This document shows positions 9,801 through 18,984 of a DNA stretch of 64,000 bases, in pieces (position 1 is the first letter of the stretch; the number at the start of each line of letters is the position of its first letter). Under the pieces are notes generated by a model, which ran no database searches, was not told where the DNA came from, and saw nothing but the letters and a program-made list of their open reading frames with translations. A program made the translations under genes and the position numbers. Location of the stretch: the NCBI GenBank assembly GCA_000002445.1, contig CH464491.1:3040001-3104000 (forward strand), read 5' to 3'. This stretch comes from Trypanosoma brucei (Eukaryota).

Positions 9801-12800
9801 ATTCGTGAGGGTTTTGTTGATGATTTGCAATCACAGGGTTCTCAACATTCTAAACGTTCTGAATCCAAGAAGGAGTTGCAGGAATCACTACATTCCAACA
9901 AGTCTGCAGTGAAGGATGGTGAACCTGAACTTGAGGCTTCTCAAGGTTCGAAGAAGTCACAGCGGTCCCGTGAGTCTATTCGTGAGGGTTTTGTTGATGA
10001 TTTGCAATCACAGGGTTCTCAACATTCTAAACGTTCTGAATCCAAGAAGGAGTTGCAGGAATCATTGCATTCCAACAAGTCTGCAGTGAAGGATGGTGAA
10101 CCTGAACTTGAGGCTTCTCAAGGTTCGAAGAAGTCACAGCGGTCCCGTGAGTCTATTCGTGAGGGTTTTGTTGATGATTTGCAATCACAGGGTTCTCAAC
10201 ATTCTAAACGTTCTGAATCCAAGAAGGAGTTGCAGGAATCATTGCATTCCAACAAGTCTGCAGTGAAGGATGGTGAACCTGAACTTGAGGCTTCTCAAGG
10301 TTCGAAGAAGTCACAGCGGTCCCGTGAGTCTATTCGTGAGGGTTTTGTTGATGATTTGCAATCACAGGGTTCTCAACATTCTAAACGTTCTGAATCCAAG
10401 AAGGAGTTGCAGGAATCACTACATTCCAACAAGTCTGCAGTGAAGGATGGTGAACCTGAACTTGAGGCTTCTCAAGGTTCGAAGAAGTCACAGCGGTCCC
10501 GTGAGTCTATTCGTGAAGGTCTTGCTGATGATTTGCAATCACAGGGTTCTCAACATTCTAAACGTTCTGAATCCAAGAAGGAGTTGCAGGAATCATTGCA
10601 TTCCAACAAGTCTGCAGTGAAGGATGGTGAACCTGAACTTGAGGCTTCTCAAGGTTCGAAGAAGTCACAGCGGTCCCGTGAGTCTATTCGTGAGGGTTTT
10701 GTTGATGATTTGCAATCACAGGGTTCTCAACATTCTAAACGTTCTGAATCCAAGAAGGAGTTGCAGGAATCACTACATTCCAACAAGTCTGCAGTGAAGG
10801 ATGGTGAACCTGAACTTGAGGCTTCTCAAGGTTCGAAGAAGTCACAGCGGTCCCGTGAGTCTATTCGTGAGGGTTTTGTTGATGATTTGCAATCACAGGG
10901 TTCTCAACATTCTAAACGTTCTGAATCCAAGAAGGAGTTGCAGGAATCATTGCATTCCAACAAGTCTGCAGTGAAGGATGGTGAACCTGAACTTGAGGCT
11001 TCTCAAGGTTCGAAGAAGTCACAGCGGTCCCGTGAGTCTATTCGTGAGGGTTTTGTTGATGATTTGCAATCACAGGGTTCTCAACATTCTAAACGTTCTG
11101 AATCCAAGAAGGAGTTGCAGGAATCACTACATTCCAACAAGTCTGCAGTGAAGGATGGTGAACCTGAACTTGAGGCTTCTCAAGGTTCGAAGAAGTCACA
11201 GCGGTCCCGTGAGTCTATTCGTGAGGGTTTTGTTGATGATTTGCAATCACAGGGTTCTCAACATTCTAAACGTTCTGAATCCAAGAAGGAGTTGCAGGAA
11301 TCACTACATTCCAACAAGTCTGCAGTGAAGGATGGTGAACCTGAACTTGAGGCTTCTCAAGGTTCGAAGAAGTCACAGCGGTCCCGTGAGTCTATTCGTG
11401 AAGGTCTTGCTGATGATTTGCAATCACAGGGTTCTCAACATTCTAAACGTTCTGAATCCAAGAAGGAGTTGCAGGAATCACTACATTCCAACAAGTCTGC
11501 AGTGAAGGATGGTGAACCTGAACTTGAGGCTTCTCAAGGTTCGAAGAAGTCACAGCGGTCCCGTGAGTCTATTCGTGAGGGTTTTGTTGATGATTTGCAA
11601 TCACAGGGTTCTCAACATTCTAAACGTTCTGAATCCAAGAAGGAGTTGCAGGAATCATTGCATTCCAACAAGTCTGCAGTGAAGGATGGTGAACCTGAAC
11701 TTGAGGCTTCTCAAGGTTCGAAGAAGTCACAGCGGTCCCGTGAGTCTATTCGTGAGGGTTTTGTTGATGATTTGCAATCACAGGGTTCTCAACATTCTAA
11801 ACGTTCTGAATCCAAGAAGGAGTTGCAGGAATCACTACATTCCAACAAGTCTGCAGTGAAGGATGGTGAACCTGAACTTGAGGCTTCTCAAGGTTCGAAG
11901 AAGTCACAGCGGTCCCGTGAGTCTATTCGTGAAGGTCTTGCTGATGATTTGCAATCACAGGGTTCTCAACATTCTAAACGTTCTGAATCCAAGAAGGAGT
12001 TGCAGGAATCACTACATTCCAACAAGTCTGCAGTGAAGGATGGTGAACCTGAACTTGAGGCTTCTCAAGGTTCGAAGAAGTCACAGCGGTCCCGTGAGTC
12101 TATTCGTGAGGGTTTTGTTGATGATTTGCAATCACAGGGTTCTCAACATTCTAAACGTTCTGAATCCAAGAAGGAGTTGCAGGAATCATTGCATTCCAAC
12201 AAGTCTGCAGTGAAGGATGGTGAACCTGAACTTGAGGCTTCTCAAGGTTCGAAGAAGTCACAGCGGTCCCGTGAGTCTATTCGTGAGGGTTTTGTTGATG
12301 ATTTGCAATCACAGGGTTCTCAACATTCTAAACGTTCTGAATCCAAGAAGGAGTTGCAGGAATCATTGCATTCCAACAAGTCTGCAGTGAAGGATGGTGA
12401 ACCTGAACTTGAGGCTTCTCAAGGTTCGAAGAAGTCACAGCGGTCCCGTGAGTCTATTCGTGAGGGTTTTGTTGATGATTTGCAATCACAGGGTTCTCAA
12501 CATTCTAAACGTTCTGAGTCCAAGAAGGAGTTGCAGGAATCACTACATTCCAACAAGTCTGCAGTGATGACTAATGGCTTCTCTGTTGATGTTAGGAATT
12601 CTGGTGGTTGTCGACAGGAAAAGAACTTTTCGGATTGTGTTGGACCGTTGTTTTCCTCGAGGTCGCATTTGTCTGTTCACATGGATACACGTGGTGATGT
12701 TGATGTTTCTCCTCCTTTTCATGATATTTCTAGTGCTGGTGCTGGTGCTGAAGCTCCGCTGTCAATGGGACAGTCTGTTTCTTCTTTAGATGCTTTACCG

Positions 12801-12833
12801 ATGCCGGAGTTTGTTGGGCCGCTTAAAGGTTAA
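6855..12833 (+). CDS. Giant repetitive protein: charged N-terminal region, about 24.5 tandem 59-aa repeats, short unique C-terminus
   Basis: Single 1992-aa ORF. The repeat unit SQGSQHSKRSESKKELQESLHSNKSAVKDGEPELEASQGSKKSQRSRESIREGFVDDLQ is reiterated head-to-tail. The N-terminal region of about 370 aa is K/E/R-rich. The true start could be Met93 at 7131, because the first 92 codons are Gly/Pro/Ala-rich and read like 5'UTR. Confidence 0.75.
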   Translation: MLSVYKPRFLTGEKGRGDGRGGKHGRQTLLGPPSRGAVWPAVAGGGAWPIAAPVHLSPLPVPVATSHWALSGCRLPATIPTGKRLIGSCVNEMSNLNDSEKAICELMVGFLEHKSATEAECIMSEVDEMVCSRRLLSQYSGVYASKCPGDANGGKDEPLRGKTQLIRFLRQQQEEKEEREKNWEQRRRQRIAREAAERRESRERWKKMFLHNVEGKSKREALPKTAKRKAQIGRCIDKEAANIKHKQRRCEDEDFRLTSLSDSTFTDSLCGYPQHVPNVARPIRVPAATERFANASEKLTREVAGAQYIRVPREMPTSIRVASSDSENTEDIIEKTDKLVGDRLEVFKQRQNTNDTRSKESFIAAIQKSYSAQGDERPLTTTENQQQMTKKDNQLRSTEVEKKTQDPTSITATIRYTKQEDDIKNKQNAISERGLSTSTNQKQTETLITSNNQHSVDERHQSDDRQHSKRSESKKELQESLHSNKSAVKDGEPELEASQGSKKSQRSRESIREGFADDLQSQGSQHSKRSESKKELQESLHSNKSAVKDGEPELEASQGSKKSQRSRESIREGLADDLQSQGSQHSKRSESKKELQESLHSNKSAVKDGEPELEASQGSKKSQRSRESIREGFVDDLQSQGSQHSKRSESKKELQESLHSNKSAVKDGEPELEASQGSKKSQRSRESIREGLADDLQSQGSQHSKRSESKKELQESLHSNKSAVKDGEPELEASQGSKKSQRSRESIREGFADDLQSQGSQHSKRSESKKELQESLHSNKSAVKDGEPELEASQGSKKSQRSRESIREGLADDLQSQGSQHSKRSESKKELQESLHSNKSAVKDGEPELEASQGSKKSQRSRESIREGFVDDLQSQGSQHSKRSESKKELQESLHSNKSAVKDGEPELEASQGSKKSQRSRESIREGFVDDLQSQGSQHSKRSESKKELQESLHSNKSAVKDGEPELEASQGSKKSQRSRESIREGFVDDLQSQGSQHSKRSESKKELQESLHSNKSAVKDGEPELEASQGSKKSQRSRESIREGFVDDLQSQGSQHSKRSESKKELQESLHSNKSAVKDGEPELEASQGSKKSQRSRESIREGFVDDLQSQGSQHSKRSESKKELQESLHSNKSAVKDGEPELEASQGSKKSQRSRESIREGFVDDLQSQGSQHSKRSESKKELQESLHSNKSAVKDGEPELEASQGSKKSQRSRESIREGLADDLQSQGSQHSKRSESKKELQESLHSNKSAVKDGEPELEASQGSKKSQRSRESIREGFVDDLQSQGSQHSKRSESKKELQESLHSNKSAVKDGEPELEASQGSKKSQRSRESIREGFVDDLQSQGSQHSKRSESKKELQESLHSNKSAVKDGEPELEASQGSKKSQRSRESIREGFVDDLQSQGSQHSKRSESKKELQESLHSNKSAVKDGEPELEASQGSKKSQRSRESIREGFVDDLQSQGSQHSKRSESKKELQESLHSNKSAVKDGEPELEASQGSKKSQRSRESIREGLADDLQSQGSQHSKRSESKKELQESLHSNKSAVKDGEPELEASQGSKKSQRSRESIREGFVDDLQSQGSQHSKRSESKKELQESLHSNKSAVKDGEPELEASQGSKKSQRSRESIREGFVDDLQSQGSQHSKRSESKKELQESLHSNKSAVKDGEPELEASQGSKKSQRSRESIREGLADDLQSQGSQHSKRSESKKELQESLHSNKSAVKDGEPELEASQGSKKSQRSRESIREGFVDDLQSQGSQHSKRSESKKELQESLHSNKSAVKDGEPELEASQGSKKSQRSRESIREGFVDDLQSQGSQHSKRSESKKELQESLHSNKSAVKDGEPELEASQGSKKSQRSRESIREGFVDDLQSQGSQHSKRSESKKELQESLHSNKSAVMTNGFSVDVRNSGGCRQEKNFSDCVGPLFSSRSHLSVHMDTRGDVDVSPPFHDISSAGAGAEAPLSMGQSVSSLDALPMPEFVGPLKG
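8240..12566 (+). repeat. Coding tandem array, period 177 nt (59 codons), about 24.5 copies, over 97% identical between units
   Basis: Period measured from recurring acgttctgaatccaagaagg at about 8261, 8438, 8615 and onward. Units differ mainly at two sites: gagggttttgttgat (FV), gaaggtcttgctgat (LA) or gagggttttgctgat (FA), and the synonymous tcattgcat vs tcactacat. Confidence 0.9.
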
Positions 12834-13162
12834 ATTTTTTGTCGTTTAATTTTTTCTCTGTCCCTAAAATTCTAACAATTTTTATATACGTTGTGTTGCT
12901 ATAATATTAGTCTGCTTGTTGTTGTTCCTTTATTATTTGATTGAGAAATATTTCGTTGAGTTTATTTTGATTATATGTGGATCTGTTTCAACGGGATTGT
13001 TTGCTTTTGTTGTGTTTATACTTTCCCCCTGTTGTTATCGTTTCTTTGTCCGATTTATTATACAATATAAAGTTGCTTAGTTCTCTTTAATATTCACTTA
13101 CCTTTCCTGCTACGTATGTATTTTCCTTTTTGTGATATGTAAGTTATGTCTATGCACTACGT

Positions 13163-13181
13163 GGTGTGTGTGTGTGTGTGT
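13163..13181. repeat. (GT)9 microsatellite
   Basis: ggtgtgtgtgtgtgtgtgtgtc in the spacer after the repeat-protein gene. Confidence 0.8.
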
Positions 13182-13647
13182 CTTGCTGGGGCATGTGGTT
13201 GTCCCTACTTTTGTCTTTGGAGAGGGGAGTTGTAAGTGGTGAATTAGAGATTCTGAAGCTCTCGTGGGCCGTGCCTCATGTCGGTCGCGTGGCTGTAACT
13301 TTGTCTTAGTGGTTTGCTTCTGCGCTTACTTTTCATCCCCTGTGTTGCAACGGTGTCAGTGTATGCCTGCATATGTATTTTCGTTTTCATACTTATATAT
13401 ATATACAAGACTTCGGGAGTTTGCTTGCACCCGAGATGCTGTTGCTAGTGTCGTCGTAGTGGCGGGTTCTATTCTACTAGGGGCTCGTCTCCTTTTTGTT
13501 ATTCATGAACCTCAATCCGTGTTTTTAACGGGGAGCTCAGTCATTTCTACCGTCTCTCCCCGCCTTGTTTTGTGTATATGCCCAGAGGGGACAACAGGAC
13601 ACACAGGTAGGTGCTGTTCTTTTGCTTGGTGAGTATTTCGTTGCAAC

Positions 13648-15366
13648 ATGTTTAAACGCACCCGAGGTGAAGATGAAGTAGTTGAGGTGTACGCAACTCT
13701 ACTACGGCAGAGTGGGGCTCGTGCCATTGAGCGTATACGTCAGCGACGTGGCAGCGGTACCAACAGCGTCATGCCGATTGATGCCCTCGTCATTCGTTAC
13801 GCTATGTGGTTTCTTGATACGTCCGCGTTCCCCGCTGTCAGTTATGTAACGCAAGCGCAGCGGGTCGTGACGGAGGCGATTGAGCGCGTTTCGTACCCAC
13901 AACATTTCAGTTTTATTCCACTTTCGACGCTTGTGGAATGTCTTGTGTCAGAGAACACAGCAGAGGTTATGCAACAGACAGTCGTCTCCATTGAAGAATT
14001 TATTGATGCTCGAGATGCGTTGGGAAGGTGGATTGACGAAAATATTGGTAACGCAGGCGGGGAACGGTACGAACGATACAACCATTACAGCGGCGGCGAA
14101 AAAGATGAAGAGGCTGAGATTGCTCTTGAGCGGGCGGGCATACTGTGGCGCAGTGCGTTGTACTGGGTGGCGGTATTTGAATACATTGAGGCCCTCTCGC
14201 TCAGCAGTGCTAAGGTAAATGTCTTCGCATTACGACCCAGGTATGAACAGGAGTTAATGAATCTGCTCAACTCTATTGCAGCACCCAAAGACTCGGTGTA
14301 CTGGAAACGGCAACAGGGTGTGAATGCCCCTACCGACAATCTTTCGATGCTGCCATTAAGCGCGAGTGCCACTACCCGTGACGGTGGCGAAATAGCTGAT
14401 AGCTCAACCGAAGGAGAGGACACGGAGAGGATGCAAGCAGACGGCGGTGACAACACTTCGTCTCGTGCAACAGAGCCGACTACGGCAACAAAGGAGGCGG
14501 ATCCTAATGAGGTTGGTAGTGACGCCACTGATGGGATTGGCAAGCTTTTGGTCGATCTTATAGCACTTGTGAACTGTCCTTCTGAGACCCCTGGGTCTGG
14601 TACTAGAATAAACCCAATGTTTTACACCATGGTTCATGCACGGCTGAATGTTATTGCGGCCTGTGAACGCCTTAACCGCTTTGGTAGCTCTGCGCGTGTC
14701 GCTCCCCCGCCGCTCACCGCGTCATTGCAGTCGCTTCAATCTCAGCGTGAGGCTCTCAATGCTGGTCGGCATCGGCGTGATGCTCACTTAGAAACCAGTG
14801 GGGAAATTGGACTTCCGTTGGATTTTGTGCCAAGTGAGGCGTACCTGCGGGCGGCACTGGAGAGGGAAAATATCACGCTTGAGGAGGACGAGGAGCTTTT
14901 CAAGGATGAGATTGTAGACTACTATAAGCGTCAGCAACAGCATCAACATGCCCCACCACGCGATAGGAGTGGCCCAAAGGAGCCCACCGTCTTGATGAAA
15001 CCGCATCGTTTCTGCAAGGTGAAGACAGGCTACACATGGACTCAGTACAATCGCACGCATTATGATGTACGCTCGAATCCCCCACCCCGAAGTGTGCTGT
15101 GGTATGAGTTTACCCTTTTTTACCCGGCACTCGCTAGCACGAAACGCGACATGAGCCGAATCTACCACATTGAAGACACATCCAGAGGATCCAAGGATGA
15201 TTACTGTGTGTTGGTGTTCTCAGTGGGGCCACCGTATGCGGATGTGGCCTATCAAATTGTTCGAAAGCAGTGGGACCCACGCCCGGGAGGGGTTCGCGCA
15301 AGTTTTGACAGCAGCGGTACTTATCGGCTTTTCTTCCGCTTTACCAACAGCAATTATCGACGGTAG
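13648..15366 (+). CDS. Cactin homolog (spliceosome-associated C-terminal Cactin domain)
   Basis: The C-terminus YEFTLFYPALA...VLVFSVGPPYADVAYQIVRKQWD...YRLFFRFTNSNYRR matches the conserved Cactin C-terminal domain (recalled human YKFNIFYPDLI...GPPYEDIAFKIV...RYRYRR). Confidence 0.7.
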   Translation: MFKRTRGEDEVVEVYATLLRQSGARAIERIRQRRGSGTNSVMPIDALVIRYAMWFLDTSAFPAVSYVTQAQRVVTEAIERVSYPQHFSFIPLSTLVECLVSENTAEVMQQTVVSIEEFIDARDALGRWIDENIGNAGGERYERYNHYSGGEKDEEAEIALERAGILWRSALYWVAVFEYIEALSLSSAKVNVFALRPRYEQELMNLLNSIAAPKDSVYWKRQQGVNAPTDNLSMLPLSASATTRDGGEIADSSTEGEDTERMQADGGDNTSSRATEPTTATKEADPNEVGSDATDGIGKLLVDLIALVNCPSETPGSGTRINPMFYTMVHARLNVIAACERLNRFGSSARVAPPPLTASLQSLQSQREALNAGRHRRDAHLETSGEIGLPLDFVPSEAYLRAALERENITLEEDEELFKDEIVDYYKRQQQHQHAPPRDRSGPKEPTVLMKPHRFCKVKTGYTWTQYNRTHYDVRSNPPPRSVLWYEFTLFYPALASTKRDMSRIYHIEDTSRGSKDDYCVLVFSVGPPYADVAYQIVRKQWDPRPGGVRASFDSSGTYRLFFRFTNSNYRR

Positions 15367-15850
15367 GGTGATTGGCCCCTGGGTTTCTGTTTCTTTATTT
15401 CCCCATGCGGGTGCCGTTGGCGATTGGTTCCCGAGACCCAAAGGTAAGTGCGTCTGTGCGTGGTGGGGATATGCATGCGGTGACACAACAGTACCTGACT
15501 CGTACAAAGATGTCACTAATGCTGGGGTTGTTTTTTGAATGCCAATATGTGTGGCATCTCCGTGTGTGCAGAGTACCACCACTGCGCCCTCTCTATTTCT
15601 TTTCCTCTCCTCCACCCTTCCAGTCAGCAGCAAACCGAATTGACTGTTTTGGCCTCCGATCGCTCGCCTGCTCATATTTTTTTCTTGCTTCTACCTCTCC
15701 ACGGTTCTATTTGCACACATTGAGATCGAGACAACTTGATCTGAGCTTAGTTTTCCGGGAGGGACCTAAGCTCCCTTCCGCTCAGTCCATATAAGTAGAT
15801 ATATCTACACGAAATACGTTAGCGCGTTCGTCTAGCGGATCGAGGAAAAG

Positions 15851-16567
15851 ATGACCATTCTCCACAATCCCGGTCTTCCACGTGTTCTCAATCGCATCAC
15901 TCCACAGCGGCTTGAGCTAACGCTCATGCTGATAAAGGAGCGGAAAAAGAAACTGCGGTACCTTGGAAGTTACCTTCAGCACTACAACGATCGCACGTTT
16001 CTCTACAATGCCATGGGTGGCCTCAACGGCACGAAGTTTATCATTGAGAGGCACCACCACCGTGCACAGTACTGTCATCCAACACTTCACAATGAGCGGT
16101 ATTCTGTTCGCACCATAAAGATGAAGGGTGCTCAGTTTGATCAAGTAGGGAACTTTACCCGCAACACATGGGATTGCTCTGTGGCGACGACAAATTTGTT
16201 CCAGGACGCCACATTTCGCCGTCACCTCAGTGCCATTCATAAGGACGAGGCGATTGCGCTGCTGGAAGGATGGGGTGTGAAGTATGTCCTGCTCGACGAG
16301 GTTCGCAAGCCGTCTGTTCAGGACAGTATTTATGTTCGGCATAACCTCTACATCCACAAGTTTCCACATATCCCCGATCCGGTCACTAATGTGTATCACG
16401 GTGATGCCGATTGGAAGTGGAAGGGAGATGAAAAGATTGATTATACCTCATACGGAGCGTCGACCAAAGATGAACGCAACACATTTCAGAGTCTGTGGTC
16501 AGCAGCTGTTAGAGAGTCCAAAGATTCAGGTGTAGCGAAGACGGTGCAGGCAGGGAAAAAGTTGTAG
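15851..16567 (+). CDS. Hypothetical protein (238 aa), no motif recognised
   Basis: ATG start, + strand and in register with the polycistron. Codon usage resembles the neighbouring genes. No identifiable domain. Confidence 0.4.
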   Translation: MTILHNPGLPRVLNRITPQRLELTLMLIKERKKKLRYLGSYLQHYNDRTFLYNAMGGLNGTKFIIERHHHRAQYCHPTLHNERYSVRTIKMKGAQFDQVGNFTRNTWDCSVATTNLFQDATFRRHLSAIHKDEAIALLEGWGVKYVLLDEVRKPSVQDSIYVRHNLYIHKFPHIPDPVTNVYHGDADWKWKGDEKIDYTSYGASTKDERNTFQSLWSAAVRESKDSGVAKTVQAGKKL

Positions 16568-17375
16568 AAGCCAGTGTTTGATCGGATAGCAATTGAGGCA
16601 TTTATAGGGAGGGTGTGGTATAAGTTAGGACGGTTGCAATAGCGACAATAGTAGTCTCTGTGTATGTGTGTTACTTGCCGGTCGCTGAGGCGACAGGAAA
16701 GGTTCAAAATGCGACTGTGGACGTACTGGGGATCGGGTGAGTAGCTTGTAAGAAAGAAGGCGGCCCGTCCGTACGGCGCTGCTGGTGCCGATATGTTAAT
16801 GTTAGCGAAGGGTGGGGGCGTATGCACGGGATCGTGAGCGTCGTCAGCATTTCTGTTGCGATCGAGTATGTTACATTATTGTTAGTTTTAATCCGTTCTT
16901 ATTACCGTTGCTCAGGTGTGTGTGGGTGTGGGTATACTTGTCTATATATTGGCTAGTGTTTACAAACGTCGAGTGTTTCGTTTACGTTTCGTGTTTGGGC
17001 CATCCCTGCATTCATTTCTTTGCAGGTAGGAGCTCATTTAATTTCTTTGTTCAAAAACGGAAGCACTTGTCTCTTTTCTCTACACGCACCCCTCTACGTA
17101 AAGTGTTTTGACCCCGATGCTCCAGTGGCCAGCTCTCATGCCCGTCAATGTAGCGATTCTGTGGAGGAGAACATCGAAGTACGTTGTAGTGAGTTAGGTG
17201 GATTACAAAATAGGGGAAGGGGGACGATGGAGGAGGTTGCATTTGGAGTGTGTTGGGCACCTCTTTTTCCCCTTTCACTTGATTCTTTCCCCTGTCTCCC
17301 CATTTTTTCTTTCGTGCCTTTTGAGTGAAGACCTGTAGGACAGAAACAGCTGCTATTTAGTTTTACATCTTAGCA

Positions 17376-18104
17376 ATGTTGCGTGGCACTCGTGGGTTTT
17401 TGGCGGTCTCGCCGGGCGTTGGGATCGCCCCGGAGACAACTCCCGTGAAATATACTCCGATGATGCTGAACATACAGAACATGATGTGGTGGAATGGGAA
17501 GCGCAACCTCTATCGTGCCACGTATCGGGAGAAAACGTGGTATGAGATAAGCCGCACAGGTGCATTCACCAAAGGACGGCGGCCAGTAATGAGGCAGAAA
17601 TATTCGCGTGAGGCGTTACAAGCGGCCCTAGCAATGGTGCCACCAGGGTTTGAGGTAGCTGATGTGCCACGGCCTCCGCAGAGGATTTTGGCGCAGTCAG
17701 AGGGTATCGTTGGTCGGTGGTATAGTAATTACTGGACTCTACATTCTATGAGGTATCAGTGCTTACTCGCCGGCGTAGAGTGGCCCCTCGGTGAGCGACA
17801 GCGACCGCGTACGAATTACGACGAACCGTTTTTCTTCGCAGACTTTGAGGAGAGCAAAGCAATACAGGACTACAGGAGTCGTTGGATCAACGTAAACCGG
17901 AGCCTGGTTGGTATGACGAAGCGTATGAAGGAGGCGGAGGAGGAGGCGCGCTACATGCAGTTCAGAAAATTGCAGGACACATTTTGGTCCAACCGCAAAG
18001 TTCTGGTTAACCGCGTGAAGTCGATGTATAATCAAGGTGCGAGAACCTCGGCTAAGGACATGCCCATCAAAACGATAAATATCAAGGCGTTTCTTTCGGA
18101 ATAA
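17376..18104 (+). CDS. Hypothetical basic protein (242 aa), possibly organellar
   Basis: ATG start with an Arg-rich N-terminus (MLRGTRGFLAVSPGVG) and a K/R-rich body. No identifiable domain. Confidence 0.4.
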   Translation: MLRGTRGFLAVSPGVGIAPETTPVKYTPMMLNIQNMMWWNGKRNLYRATYREKTWYEISRTGAFTKGRRPVMRQKYSREALQAALAMVPPGFEVADVPRPPQRILAQSEGIVGRWYSNYWTLHSMRYQCLLAGVEWPLGERQRPRTNYDEPFFFADFEESKAIQDYRSRWINVNRSLVGMTKRMKEAEEEARYMQFRKLQDTFWSNRKVLVNRVKSMYNQGARTSAKDMPIKTINIKAFLSE

Positions 18105-18868
18105 GACAGTCAGTGTGAGTTTTGGGAAGGTAATACAACACGGTGGGTAAATGCGCAGTGTTGAGGAGGAGAGTTAACGCCAGAACCATCCTTCCTCCTT
18201 TTGACCGCGGTGCAAACCACACAAGCCTTCGCTTCTCACCGTTGTTTCTGTTTCGCAAAGCCATTGAGGATCAGTGCGGGGCTTTTCGTATCTGTTGTTG
18301 TTGACATTGTGTTCCTCAACATCGTGGAGGCTGCGTAATGTGTTTGCACAGCTGGTATGTGAAGTGCACCCTCAAAGGATTATGTGACCGCTTGACTTCT
18401 AGCCTGTTGCCGTGCTTGCGGTAACTCTATAGGGACCAGAGGTTTCGTCAACTTCGCTCAAATCCCACCTTCCCAAGCGTCCTCTTCAGGGCCTCTCGTT
18501 CAGTGGAGTTAGTCAGCCGTCCTTTCCCTCTTCCTTTATACCGTCAGGAATCCCTAGTGATTGCAATACATGAGAACCTACTGTGTATCGAGTGTAGGAC
18601 TTTGGCGCGGGTGATGCGTAGGGATTGTTTGCGTATGTTTGCCACTTGGCAACTCGAAGCGGGGCCAACTTTCTTCGCTTCGTGTGATGAAGTTACTAAA
18701 GTAGTGGCAGATTTCATGTCACTGGCTTGCGTGAAATCCTCTTGCTGAGTGTTCGACAACCCTTGCATCCTACCGCTATTTCTTATTGACCTCACTGCTT
18801 CTTTTCTTGGTCTGCCGTCTCTTTTGTTTGTACGCATAAAGGGACGGCGCGGCTGCCGACTGTAGGGG

Positions 18869-18871
<3 letters not shown>

Positions 18872-18903
<32 letters not shown>
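18872..18903. repeat. (AT)16 microsatellite
   Basis: catatatatatatatatatatatatatatatatattgg read directly. It lies in the intergenic region upstream of MCM6. Confidence 0.9.
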
Positions 18904-18906
<3 letters not shown>

Positions 18907-18984
18907 CACAGAAGCGAAGGATAGCTCATAGTATTAACGGTAGGGGTGGAAGTGCTAAGGCCGAACTAGCAAACGTGCGTTTTT

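Noticed and set aside
8240-12566. Possibility that the 177-nt array is a CRISPR-like or satellite non-coding repeat
   Set aside because: There are no unique spacers between repeats. The array is in-frame for over 4.3 kb within a single ORF, with variants that are synonymous or conservative. It is a coding tandem repeat.
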